Source: Lama guanicoe (Eukaryota). From it: DNA of 64,000 bases. The notes under the pieces were generated by a model that had not been told where the DNA came from, ran no database searches, and saw only the letters and a list, made by a program, of their open reading frames with translations. Position numbers and translations under genes: made by a program. The stretch spans positions 8,127,412-8,191,411 of the forward strand of contig MU054212.1 in the NCBI GenBank assembly GCA_013239625.1, written 5' to 3'. How positions within the stretch are numbered: the first letter of the stretch is position 1; every line of letters starts with the position of its first letter. This document shows positions 49,631 through 63,169 of this stretch, piece after piece.

Positions 49631-50941
49631 TCGTTTAAAAATTTGTTTTGACTTCAGTGATAAAGTAGGGGCTTACTGTAAGAACATATCACTAGTAGGG
49701 TAGTTTGTTCTTAGGTAAGAGTATTTATCAAAGAAATAGTCTGCCTCGGGGAACTGGAAGTCCTTTCTTCTTGTGAACTAGGTGGTAAGAGGTTTCCTCT
49801 CTGCTTCTGGCTCTGACCTGATATTAGAATTAGAAACTAGGTATTAGAAACTAGAAAATGTTGCTGAAATGTACTCATGTGAAGTCCCATGAGACATGAT
49901 AGGCTACAGCGGAGTCATCAGTTGTGGCTGGTGCGGTGGTGTTGGGGGAGCAGAAGGACGTTCTCCCGTCTTTCCCACTGGGTCACGTGGAGAAAGAGTT
50001 TATGCCGTGCCGTCAGAATTTGGGAAGCCCCCATGTGTCACTGTCAGATATGCCGGAGTCCAGTGCCCACCAGTTCTGAATACACCCTCCCTTCTCCACA
50101 TCTGGACTGGATCAGAACAGACTAGTGGACAAGACTTCCAGTGTACTGACACCTCTGCCCCCATGATCATTTTCTCATGAGGAAGATGGTGAGGTTGGCC
50201 AGAACCTAGGCACTGCCTCACCCACCCTCTCTGTGCTGGAACATAAGTCCTGTGATCTGTGAGGCCAGCAATGGATGCTAGTGACCAGTTCTTTGCCATT
50301 CAGTACACGCAGAGAACAGCCAGCTTAGACTGCGATTTCTCCACGTCTGTGTTGCTGGCGTGTTACTCTGACAGTGACCGTCAGGATCAACCCTTGCTGC
50401 ATCTTTGTCAGCCGCAAATCTCCACTCAGATTTTATGGTGCTGTTCTTGCCATGCGTTCTGGAGCTCCCTAATATTTTATTTTTAGTTTGCTGGAGGAAG
50501 ACAAAAATCAAAGAGTTTTCTGTTGTTATAGCAATCCCTTTGCTGTTCGTAGCAGATGCCACCGTATATTGTAATCGTGGGTCCTTTTCTCGGCAGGGCC
50601 TGACCCTTACTCTTCCCTCAGAAACGCTCATATTGGGAGGGATGAAAATCAATTTGCAGCTCCTCTGGGGCAAAGACAACAATGTCTATCTTTCCGACAA
50701 GGCGGGCGAATGTACGTGTGGATAAGGGTCATGCTGTTGGTTATCAAAAAGAAGAGACAGAGAAAGGAAGGAGATAAGCAAGAAAGCCATAGAGAAAATA
50801 AATGCCCAGTCATGGGTCTTAAGTGTTGAAGGGGCCCGTGAAGAGCTTCCTGCGTAATGCACTTGGGGTGTTTTTGCTGACAAATGAAGTGAGAAGCAAA
50901 TTAGAATTTTTAGATACAGTAGTGATAAGTGCTTGTGTGTT

Positions 50942-50971
50942 TATATATATATATATATGTATATATGTATA
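50942..50971. repeat. Interrupted (TA)n microsatellite
   Basis: Read directly from the sequence. Confidence 0.9.
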
Positions 50972-51308
50972 ATTTTTTTTACTGATCTTTCAGATTTCCC
51001 ATAAGGAAAATTCAGCACACTTTTAAGCAGCCCTTGTGAAGGGTTCTTGTGCAGGCCCCTTAAAGCATTTTACAGCCATCTGTAGCTACACTGCTGTCCA
51101 ACGTGGCTTGATGAAACCGTTTTCATCACCACCGAACAGATAATTCCCATTAGAGCTACCCATTGGCTACCACCTAAGGTTACAACGTTGATGATTCAGA
51201 AGAATAAAGTGTATTTAAAGGTTCCTTTCTGCTCTGAAATATGTTTTTTTGGCTCAAAAACAAAAAATGTTAATCTCCGTAGTAGAGAAACAGGTCTTTT
51301 ATTTCAGG

Positions 51309-51515
51309 CAGTCGTTTTCCTTGGAGTGTGAACTGCGGACCATATGCATTTATGGTCTTCTGAGGAGCTGCTTAAAAATTCAGAATCTTGGGATCCTTGA
51401 CCTTCAAAATCAGTATCTCTGGATGTGTGAAGACTAAAATCTGCATTTCTAATAAGCACCCCGAGTGCTTGTGTCCTGAAACCAAGAGCTTGCAGTGCAT
51501 TTTAGAGAAACCCCA
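51309..51515. mobile_element. MER5-like hAT-Charlie DNA transposon remnant
   Basis: aaaaattcagaatcttggg...aatcagtatctctgg...aatctgcatttctaataagcacccc...tttagagaaac. Confidence 0.65.
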
Positions 51516-51821
51516 GACCACTGAAAGTGAAGTGAAGATGTCCCAAATGTATCTGGCACAGTTTCCTCATTCATAATTCAGTCTGTGACTTTTGTCTTCA
51601 GCGGTGGCATTTGGCAGGAAGTGCTATCTTTTTATTTATTTATGAATTTATTTACTTAAACCCTTCCTTGTGCTTGAAGACATTGAAGGCAGCTAGGACG
51701 GTGCTATGAGGGTAAGAGCAAAACCAAGATATTGGGGACCCAAGTGGCTTATCCTCATTGTACTTATGGGCAGTCCAATTTCTTGCCTGGTATCTTTTTC
51801 TTCAACTTGCATTTAAAAAAA

Positions 51822-51957
51822 TGTTTTTAGTGTTTTTTTAATGGGGGGGAGGTAATTAGGTTTATTTATTGATTTATTTAATGGAGGTACTGGGAATTGA
51901 ACCCATGACCTCATGCATGCTAGGCAGGCGCTCTACCACTGACCTAAATCCTCCCCC
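51822..51957 (-). mobile_element. tRNA-Ala-derived camelid SINE (vic-1-like)
   Basis: ggtaattaggtttattt...ggaggtactgggaattgaaccc...gcgctctaccactga...cctccccc. Confidence 0.88.
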
Positions 51958-54900
51958 TTATTTTAATTCCTTTAGTTTACTACGTGTGATTTTTATTTTA
52001 GTAGTATGCCGTGGAAAATACATACACAAAATACCTTCACATAGTCACCTGATTTTTTTTTTCCTCATTGAATAAAATTGTTCCTTACTGTTGCCTAAAG
52101 GTTTATGTTCCATTCCTGGCAGTGCCCCGGTGGTATTTTTCCCCCATTTGCATTATGTTCTCTTTCTTTCTTGATTTCCAGCCCCAAGATCTCCCTCCAG
52201 CTGATGACTGAACTCACATCAGCTTTTCTGTAGCTCATTAAGAGCTGACAGACTGCCTCACATTTGTGTTCCTTTTTCTGCAGAATTTTCTGCTTTTATA
52301 TAACATCTTATGTGTTTCCATCTAAGCATTTTAAAAGCTTTCTAAAGGAGAGATGGTGTGAGAAGGTTTAACACTTGGAAACACATTGCAGTAAGTTGCA
52401 AAACTATGAAAATGACTCACTCTCTTCTCCTATTATTTTATCCCAAGGGTGTAACCTTATGAAATTTTCTTTGAACATGGAATCTGGGTCATGTAATCAT
52501 ATGCATATTTCGTTTACATTCATTTCTTGTGAACAGCAGCCTGTAAGGTTCAAGTGAAAAACGGGGCTGTGTGAATGAGGAACAGGCTGTCGGTGGATGT
52601 GAATACTGCCGGTAGCAGTGTGGTGGTGTACGGCTCCTCGACATTTGATTTGAAAATGAAAAATGTTTGTGGATTTCCCACGTTGGGGTGGGGAATTGAA
52701 CCACCTGAAATACCAGATTGGTTTGGCTTAAAAATATTTTATGTTTAGTTCAACTGCTTTATAAAATTTGCGGGGCTTTTTGTGGGGTGACACAGTATGG
52801 TTTTACTTTAGTACCGGCTCAAACCAGTTTACTAGACATTTTATAAGGTATTCAAGAGAGAGAGAATGGGCAGCATGATGCTAAGAATCTCTTATAAATC
52901 AGCTTTAGCAACTCGAGGTACCATATTGGAGATGATGAAAAGCTAGTGGACTGTCTGGAGAGAGATGAGGGGAAATGAGGCGGGGAGTTTGATGGGAGGG
53001 GAAGGGACGCATCTTTCCTTTTCCTCTTCACCACTCACCCCCTCCTCTAATGTACAAATTTCCTTTGAAACTTTTCTGACGTCTGTTTTTCTGTGTCTCA
53101 GGCCTCTCCCCTAGCCTGAGACGTAAGCAACAGAGCCTCTGGGGCCACTGCTGGGTCACTGCCAGCACTGGGCCAGCGAGCACCTGGCGAGTGACTCTCC
53201 CACGCCTCCAAAGGCTAGTGCAGACCACCCTTTCCTCTCTCTGCCACGTTCCCTTCCTCCTCCTCACTCCCTCCTCGGGACAGGCAAACCCCGACTCCTT
53301 ACAGGTGCTGAGATGCCGTCCACATGTCAGGCCGGCCCTGCCTGTACTGTCACGGCCCTGCTTAACTGCTCAGTCATTTTCCTGAGTGTGTTAGTATTTG
53401 AATAAAATTTAGTTTGAATTAAACCATTTTTTAGAATGGAAAATTTAGGTATTCTCTTGATTAGCATTAAAAACAAAAAGACAAAAATGATCAGGATTTG
53501 ATTCAGTTTCATTTTGTGCTTCTCCAGATTGTCTCAGGCTGTTTCTTGGATCAGGTTTTTGGTGTTTTCTTCTTCCAGGAAAGCTTCTGCATCCAGCTGG
53601 TCGTACTGCAGTCGCATTTAGAATTCCGAGTCTTTGATGGGTCCTGGAAGGGGTGGGACTTTACAGTAACAGCATAGGGTTCACAGACGTGTGGCCGTCA
53701 GCCGTGCCGGGGACCTGCAGCGCAGAGGTTCTGAGCCCAGCAGTGCAGTCTTTGTGGCCGTTTTGGGCTGCAATCTGTGCGTCTTAAATAGGTTGATTCG
53801 CCCCCCTCCCCCAGTTTGGTGTCCCCTGTGCCTTCTGTCCACAGGGACCTCTGTCAGGGGGACAGGTTAGTGATGAAATCAGCTCAGAGTCTAAATTTAG
53901 TCCGCCTTCTCCTGTTGGGCTCTCTTGAACTGAAACCAAGTAAGGATATTCTGTCAGTGTCTGTTAGCGCCAGAGCTTGCTTAGCTTTATAAAATCATAG
54001 GCTGTTATTTGCCTTAAGAAAGCTAAGTCATCTTGGATTGTGTTACTGTTGTTGCAGATGGAATTGTATTATAATGGAACATTTATATTTGTGATGTATT
54101 ATGCAGAGAGGTGGGGCTTTGGGGTTTTTGGCTGACAGTTTTGCCCTCCCTTTATTTGGCTGAAGTTAATTTTAAAAATCATTTTACTGAGTCTCAGCAA
54201 ACCAACTAATGAAAGAGCAAGGGGGCAAAAAGTGAGCTGGCTGAGGGCAGGGGTCCGGGGGAGGTCCAGCCTCGGGTTCAGCCGCTGCAGTGGGTAATAC
54301 ATTCCTTGTCTCAACTAAGTGCGGGTTGAAAGCGAGATTATTTTTTTGAGCACAGAATGGAATACAGTGTTTTTCCTTCTAAATGGTGTGTTTACATCTA
54401 TTTGTTACTTTGTTACCAAAAATAGCGTAAGTTGGTGTTTTTGTCTTTGCTGGGATTTTTTTGTTTGTTTCCTGCATTTTGTAATGCTAGTAAATGTCAT
54501 GCATCGTGGGGAAAAGTGTATGCTTTCATCTTCATTTATCAAACTGCCCCTATAAATTTTCCCTAGATGGATGATATATGTATTGATACACACACACACA
54601 CACATACACGTATACATATTGATATTGAAAGCAATCAACCATATCTTCATCTGTCTCATTCCTGTATTCAGTGCTGATAATCAGTTTCGTTTCATTTGAC
54701 ACACATTTTGAGCCCGTCTTTGGACCAGGCCCTGGGGACCTGGATAAATAAGATGGAGTCGTTGTCCTCTAAGAGTTCCGGACAGCAGGGCACTGTTCTT
54801 CTGTAAAGCACCAGAGAGCACACCGTAGTAAGTTCTGTTCTGGAAGAGCTTTGAGCTTGCAAGGGAGAGATGGGGGCGACACAGGGCATCTGGAGAAACA

Positions 54901-57900
54901 CCTTCAGATTCTGCGGGAGGGGGCGGGTGCTGCCTGGATGACTTAGAATGGTCACAGTTTGGGAAACAGCTCAGAAATCCTCCCTCTGGAGTCACGTGGG
55001 GTGAGCAGCGAAGGATAATGTGTTTTATTAGGTACAGCCCTTAAATGCATGAAACATGTTGTTTTCTCTAAGAGAAATGGAGAGTTTTTTCCTCATGATC
55101 TCATCATATGAGTATGTGAAAATTGTTTTTACTCTACTTGTTTGAAGCAACTGTGCATACATCTGGGATAGTCTCAGGAAACCAGAGACTTGCTCATTTC
55201 TTTGGGAGAAACACAGCAAATATTTTCAGTTCCATAAAGTCAGTCTTCAGTGCTAAACTGCTCAGGTCTCTAACTGCACGGGTGTCAGGCAACTCCATGT
55301 AGTATTTTCCAGAGGGACAGACCTACAGATGCGTTCTTTCTGGTCTTAACTGTTTCTACTGGAGTCCCTCCCAGGTAGTGATGAACACCGTAAACTAAGG
55401 GAAGTAAAACAGCTAGGGAAAACAGATCACCTGGGTATATGTATATCCACCTATACACACTAACCAAAAAATCAAGGAACATGTAATCGCAGTGAACTTA
55501 ATGCAGTGCCTTACGAGGAACAAAGCAAACTGATGACATATTATTAGACATTTTGAGTAACAATTGCCTTTGAGAATTCTCAGTAAAATCACAAAATGTA
55601 GTAATTGTAGGAATTTGTACAAAGAAGTACACTTAATTAAATCCTACACTTTCATCTCTGTTTTCTCTTATCTGGGAAAATCCCCAGATGTCATAGATGA
55701 ATGCAGTCTCCAGTGCTCTTGGTAAGTACATCACTAATTCATAAACTCCTTCTCACGCAGTTTCCCCTGGGGCTCAGGTTCTGTTCCTTCTGGTCTGCTG
55801 TGAGTAAGACTGGGAGGCTTTACCTGCTCAGAAACCATCAGTGGGTCCATGGTCGTGAGTCTAGAAATGAGAGCTGTTGTACCACGGGCAGGTCATCAGA
55901 AGAAGCGTAGGGTGAACCCAGGAGATGAAGGAGATGCCGATGAGAGTCTGGGGCTTAGACCAAGGAATAAACCTTCTAATCCACAGCACTGACTCCTTAG
56001 CTTTGTGCCTGGAGCCCTGACTCCTTGGTCCCAGAAATCTCCGTGAAGGGGTGTGGGAAGCATAGGGCCGGAACACAAGGGCATGGTGGGTTTTGTAATG
56101 CACAATTCTAATTTCAAAGACCTTTAGAGCCCTTTCTCCTTGATTTTGTCCTTGCTTTAGGATAAGATGCTTAGCAGACGGTAATATGTTTACTTTGAAA
56201 TCATTCAGCAAGATCTGTAAACAAGTATCTTAACAGGGAAAAAAAACTGTATATTCCAATATATTGTAAGTTAATTTGATTTTCCTAAAGATGTCAGTTA
56301 CTTTACGTGATGGGTATATTCCTTAGAAAACATTATTCTGTATTCACATTGCCATTTTTCCTTTCCTTTTCTCCTCTTGAGTTTAAATCATCTAAAGACT
56401 TTAACAGAAAGAGTAGAAATGGAGGAAAATAGTCATTTCCTTTTACACATGAATTTGTGATTACTTAAGCATCTCATATGTTTATCTGGGGAGAGACTTA
56501 GGGACTGGAGAAACCCTCAAATGTTTTTTGACAGATAAACTGGAGGATCTTCAGAACGTGGTCATACCCTTTATCCGCAAGGAGAGGCCAAGGACCTCAT
56601 TTTGCTCTCTGGTTCTTTGCCCTTTGAATAGAAAGCGTGCATTTTGGAGATTCCTATTTCACATCTGAAAGTCCCAGTCAATCCTATTTATTTTTATAGC
56701 TCTGATTATTTCAACCAGCCACGTAATTCATGCTTTTAAACTTCAGGAGCAAAATGATGTCCTAAGGCGTCAACTTGTATGTGCCATTCTTAACCATTTT
56801 CATCGTGCTTTTTAAAAGTGTATTGTTTATTTTAATTCTTACCACAACCGTAGGCAGAAGACAAATAGGACTTTTTTTTTATTCCTGTTTCATATAAGAG
56901 GATAAAAAGCCAGAAAAGCCAAGTGTTCACAGCTGATGCTAGAACTGCGGCCTCCTTGGATCATAGCCTTGTGCACTCCTGTGTGTGTGTGGGGGGGGGC
57001 ACTCTGAATGTGATGGAGGATGCATTGTGTGTGCTGCTCATTTCTTCCATATCCATTTGTCAGGAGCCCTGTAGGAACAGAGGACTTAGAAAAGAAGTCC
57101 GTATCCCCATGCTTTAAATGACTAACTGAGGAAGTAAGGCATGTCTGGTAATTCTACTGATGACATGCTGTGACTTGGTGGCGCATCGTCAAGAACTGTC
57201 TTACACCAGCAGAAACACAGGCAGTTGCTCCTGGTCTTAACAGAATTCTTCTCCCCCCCACCTGCTGAAAGCGGGTGGTGAGAGGGGCTCCCCACCCCAC
57301 CGCCTGCTCTCCTTGCTCCCTCTCCTGCTCTGAACTCCCTTGTCTTCCAAGCCAGACGAAGTGGCTCTGAAATTTTGCCGCCTGTAGCTGTTCGGTCCTC
57401 TCAGAAGAACCCCCAGCCAGCGGAACAGTAACCAGAGCCATGCCTCCTTAGAGACCCACACGTGCACACATGCGCGCCATCTTCCATTTGAATCCCCCAA
57501 ATGTGGCCCTTTCCTCGCGTTGAACCCAGGCTTGTTTTAATAAGCTTGGCTGAGAAGACTCAGCATCCTCATCTGCTCTATTCCTATGCTCTTGAGACAA
57601 AAGAACGTCTTCTAGAATAATGTTGTGAGAAGCTTGGTACCCCAGAGAATTTATGCATCAAAGAATCTGTTTTCCACGTATTTAATTCAGTTCAGTAAAC
57701 CTGTATTGCTGTAGCTGTGCTGACAGCCTCTGTCAGTACTTCTCCAACTCTTTTAATAGGAGAAATTGATGTTTTCTTAGTCTTGTACGAAGGGACAGGC
57801 TAGTGCAACATTTAAGAATAGTCGTCCATTTCCCGTCCAGTTCTGTCCCCTTAGTACCGTATCAGTTTGCCCGCTCCAGCCAGGCGGCAGCTCCTAAACC

Positions 57901-60149
57901 TCTTCTGTAGAGACATTCTAGAGCTGCCAGTGGCTTACAGTCACAGTAGGAGGAGGAATTGGACGCCATCCCCAGTGTTAAAGAGCTTCCCACCAATCGG
58001 CTAAGAGAGACAGCTAATGAAAATGCAAGTCCAGCCGCGGCTGGGCTCACATAGCCATTGTAATCAAATGGTTAATTTTGCAGTGGGAACAGAATGGCTG
58101 CAGAGGGGAGGTGCAGGGTTTTATGCACGTCCATGCATGCAGAAGACTCTGACACATAAATTAAGATTCAAGGCAGCAGAAGAGGGACAGTAAAGGTTCA
58201 GGTAATAAACGCTGTAGAATTCAAAGAAAAGGAAGATTATTTCGGTCCAGAGAAGCTTCTTGGGTCTCTGGCCAAGCAGCCATGCAAGTTTCGTGGCTGG
58301 GCAATAAATATTTATGAAATAGAGTTTAACTGAAATGCTCTCCAGCCTAGGTTTTTAATTAGGATAAGATTCCAGCCGAGGAGAGAAAGCCGGAGATTTT
58401 GAGTAAAGGTACTGTTGAGATATTTGCTGATGCTCTTACATATCGCTTTATGTATTGCTGAAGTCAGCAGGTGGTCAGTTGAGTTCCTGCCATGTGTCCG
58501 AAGGCGGGCTGGGATCTGAGGATACAACTGTATACAGAAGGCAATGCAGACTGCACCTAGGTAGGGCCCATTCCTTCACTTACTGAAGTTCTTGATACAT
58601 TTGTATCCGGAACATTCAAGTTCCTTTTCCTCAGCTTCACTTTGAAGCAGAGGTGGAACAAGGGCCCTGGACAGAAGTCATGTCACATGGCCTGTGTCAC
58701 CATCGGATGGCATTCTAACACTAGTGGGCAGTCGCCGCTCTGAACAGTAGAAACATTAGGACGCCATGCAGTTTCTACACAGCTAAGATGATCAAGCCAG
58801 CCATCTTCAAGTTCTACTGGTCTTCAAAGGAAAATCTTTCTAACTCACTTTTTCCTGAATTTACAGTTTATCAGACATGTAGACACTATTTAAAAAAAAA
58901 TGGAGTGTCAGAAGTCACTGTCAAATGTTTGGGCACGTTAGAATTACATACCTGGACACACTAATTGAATTGCTTGGCAGCTCTTAATAAACTAACACTC
59001 CTCAGATTGGTTTTCCTCCACCCTGTAACCATTATGTAATGCACGCAGATTACAAGTTACCCCTCTTTGTCCCCTCCCTTGCAAGAGTTTGTTCTTACCC
59101 AAGTATTAACACTCATAAGCTTTTATGACCAAACTATTGGACAATAAGAAGCATAGAAATGTGGAACTCATGACAGCACACTTTCCTGCAGTGTCTCTTA
59201 ACGTGCTGCCTAAGGAGGGTCATTTCTCCACTTTTCTTTTAGATGACATCCATGTGACAATTCGTATGACAGCTTTAAAATTACACATAATTGTATTTAA
59301 ATTCGGTGTTTAAAAACAATCCTTTCCTGCTTTTTTTTTAAAGTTAAATTCAATTTTTTTCTATTTCTGTTGTCATATGATTGAATCTCAGAAGTAAATA
59401 CTTATATATTCCTCATACAAATTTGGGTTCCTCCTCATACTAGAATTGTGCTTAGAAAAGCAGAATGTTCTGGGATTAGCCTGTGAAATATGCAAAAAGC
59501 AATTTATTATAAAAAAAATTGCCTTGGGTATCACAGTTGGTATGAATGGTATGTGGTTGTTCCTCTGTGATGGCCGGGGGCTTCCTCTGGCCCCCTAGGC
59601 CTCTTCTCAGGAGTGGGGGCTAAGAGACTGCTCACCTCTGGAAAGTGGGAGGTGTTACTGGTATTGATACGGGTGAGAGCTGGTGGACTGGAGTGGAGGG
59701 GGGGTGGCAGTGAGGAAGGAGCCCTCCCTGTGAGCCTTGGAGAGCAGGTGACATGGCTTAGATCTGGGAAGAACCCTGCAGCTCCCAGTCCCCAGTCCCA
59801 GTGACTTTCACCCATGAAAAAGCAGCCTGAGCGAGTGGTGCATTGTGTCGAGATGGACTGCGGGTCTGTGCTGGGCCGTTCATTCCGCTGCGTCTTACAC
59901 TGTACTGAAAGCCGCCTCTTCCGCTTTGATACCAGGAGTTCACCCAGTGCCCTGGCGTGTGGAACCGTTAATACAATGATACGAGCAATGATTTAGTAGA
60001 AAGTCCCCGAGAAACTGGGGAAAGTTTATAAGCTTTAGGTTTCTTATCTTTAATCTCATTTGCCCCTAAATTAGATAGGTTCTTAAAATCGGAGCTTAAA
60101 AAATGGCACGATTTAGGTATTCTCCTCTAAAGACACGTGCACCCAGAAA

Positions 60150-60710
60150 CAAGCACTGGCTCTCTGCTACCTACCAAATTAAACGAAGCTGCCGCTTTTG
60201 CTGGCTTTTAAAGCCTTGAGCAGTCTGCCTGCAACCCATCTTTCCAGCATCTGCCCCCATTACTCCTCTACCCAGAGCCTGCGTTTGCCCAACCTCATCT
60301 TTCCCCACATGCTGTCATTCGTTATTTTTGCTTGGAATGCCTCCTCGGAGGGCCAGCTCCAGTGCCACCTCCCCTGCAGGCTTCCTGGTCCCCGTCTACA
60401 ACTCTCCAAAGTCCTGGGGTCCTTCAGTACCTGTAACTTCAACATGAGAGGTCCTGCTCCGTGAGGCAAGGACCATGCAAGTGCGGCTTGACTTTATCTG
60501 TTTGATATTAATTACTCTCTTGGGGGGGTGTCTACTGGGCAGAATTTTTGAACTCACTCCTCTCGTATTTTTGTATCTCTATCATATAGTTTAACACTTA
60601 GAGTTGTTCTGTACTTTTGCTAGTTTCTTCCATGTGTGTTTCTCTGGGTCTCTCAAAACTCGGGTTCTTTAAGAGTAAAATCATATTCCTCCATGAGTAT
60701 TTGTTGGATT
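60150..60710 (+). mobile_element. L2 fragments
   Basis: ctggcttttaaagccttgagcagtctgcc...tttgcttggaatgcc...gctccgtgaggcaaggaccatg. Confidence 0.5.
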
Positions 60711-63169
60711 GTTGGTTTTTCATTGATTAATAAACCACGTGACACGCCTCTGAGCCATCTACAGACAGGCATTTCTTTAGCCTATGACCACAAAAGTTAG
60801 ATAGGAAATGCCCTCTCTTCTCAGATCCTTACCTCCTCCTCAAGCTTTTCATAGTTTAAATCTTGCCTTTTTACGTAGTCAGTCATTTGATTTCAGTAAT
60901 TTTTTAAAAAACGCTTTTTGTCCATTAAAGTAGAGGAGGTAATACAAACAAATGTGTGAAAAACACATGATATCCTCTGGTATTGCAGCTTTACGAACTT
61001 TCTATTTTGATGACCCTACTGAGAAAACTGACCCCTTCAGAATGGGTTTCATGTGTACCTTTCTAACACGTTTTTCATCCGTAATAAAGGCTTTTTGTGC
61101 CTCCTTTCCTCTTCTGCCTGGAATGCAAAGTTCTAACTTCAGCTCTATTCTCGGACTTCAGCCTTCAGGACGTCTTGCTGCCAGTTTCAATATCAGACTC
61201 CCTGCAAGCCAGTGACATTTTGTCCCGCGCACCATTCCTGCCTGTGCTCCAAGTCCCTCTCCCCCTTCCTTCCTTCCTGATTCCCATGTAGAAACCAAAC
61301 CTTAACTGTACTAAGCTGCGAGTGTCAGACAGCTTGTTTTGGTAAGATCTGGTGAGCACATTACCTTAAAGGAAATCACTGATGTTAGAAACTAAAAGTG
61401 AAACCAAGTGCCCGGCTCTGGGTTGTAAGTGAGCGGGTGAAATGAAATTTTTCAAACCTACAAGATAATTTTGCACCTTCCATTTCTTTGTTGTTTCAGT
61501 TGGCTGAATCTTTTCCTGCATTGATAGGCAGATATAGAGTTCTGTATTTTTCCCAAAGGCATTCAAATGCAGGATTGTAGTTGCAAGGTAATTATGATTT
61601 TGCTGATGAAAACCACTGTAAATAGTTCAGTTATACTTTCTAGCATTCTTTGCATTCTAGTTTTCAACTCAGATAGAGTTACAGTTAATTTCTATGAAAA
61701 TTATTTTCACAAATACCAGTCTTAAAATACCAGCCCCCTTCTGTGCATTATGTATTTCTACCTGTTATAATCTAATTATTTCTCTTAAAATTTACTTTAA
61801 AAAAATGAGTACCTAAATCTTAATCTATATACCAAATAGCCCTTGATTATTACTGTTGAAATTTCGTATTAAAAGATAAAAAACAGTCCTCATTCTTCCA
61901 TGATTTTTTGATGAAGAAGCACTTTAAACCAACTTGGTACAGTGATCTTAATATCGGATCAGTTTTCTGTATGGCAGGTCTCACTTTTAACATTGTTCAG
62001 GCAGGTCACGAACAGAGAACTTTCACATCTTTAACTGCAATTTGCTGCAGCCTTATAAGATTCGGACAAAGGTTTTACACCACATGAATCAGTAAAAACT
62101 TGAGGGCATGTATCAGATGAGAGCCCAACCACGTGGTTTGACAAGGCTTTTTAATATATCTGCTGATACTCTTAGAAATCCATCTGCCAAAATAATGATT
62201 GCTGGCTTATTTCTTTTTCTATAAAAGAAAGGAGATGAAAATGTCCTTTGACAGCTTCCTCTGGCTGTGGAGAAGGGCAGGGACGGGGTGCTTTCAGCAC
62301 TCGGCATAACTCACAGAAGCTTCTCTGTCTGTGTCTGCGGGAGTTGAAATCTTCCCGCTGGTTCTTCCTCCGTTTCCTCTTCACGGAATCAGTTTGAAAG
62401 CTATTTGTCTTTGAGACTTGTTTAAAATATGAATTAAAATTTTCTGACATAACTCCAAGCAGCGGGAAGGAGCGGGAAGCTCAGCTGAGGACTGTGGGAA
62501 TTCCAAGGAACGTGCTCTGAACTCGTGGAAACCAGATTTCTCAATTCCGCATCTTAATTTTTGCATTTGTGACTCGGGGCAGGTGAAGTAGACAGTGTCC
62601 TAAGTCTGCTTTCACAGAGTGAAACAATATTGTGGTAACCAAAGCTATCAAGCTGCTGTTCATGCCAGGAATGTGAAAGATGCTATGAAAACAGCACATA
62701 GCTCCTGCTAATTTCAGCCTATTTTTGTTGGATTAGAAAAATGCAGCTGAAGTTGGGGATTTTAAATTCCTTTAAAATGTTAATATTCCAAAGCATCATT
62801 TCACAGTTGCCATGAAGCTCTTCAAGCCTCGTGTTTGCATAGGTAGAAAGATTCCTGCTAACGTACTGGAAATATGTAAGCCTCACTTTTCTTGTTAGGA
62901 AGCCCTGATTTCCCAAAGGGGATCACTGCCTTCAGCATGAGGCTTGAGCTTTGGTAACAGATGCCGCTCTGCAGTGGGATCAGTTCAAGGAAAGACAGAA
63001 TTGAATGCAAAAACAGAGCTGGAGTGATCATTGTGTAAGAACAATATTCTACCAGGAAGGATCTTTAATAGTTGCTGAAGATGACAGAAAATACAGTTTT
63101 GTTGCTGACTGTATCAATACCAGGAGCTCAAAGAGGAGCTCCTGGAAGATGGGATTCCCAGGACTGGAA

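Noticed and set aside
49822..49856. Short direct repeat attagaaactag x2 (similar agatatgtag x2 near 36245)
   Set aside because: Ordinary local slippage duplications with no array or spacer structure.
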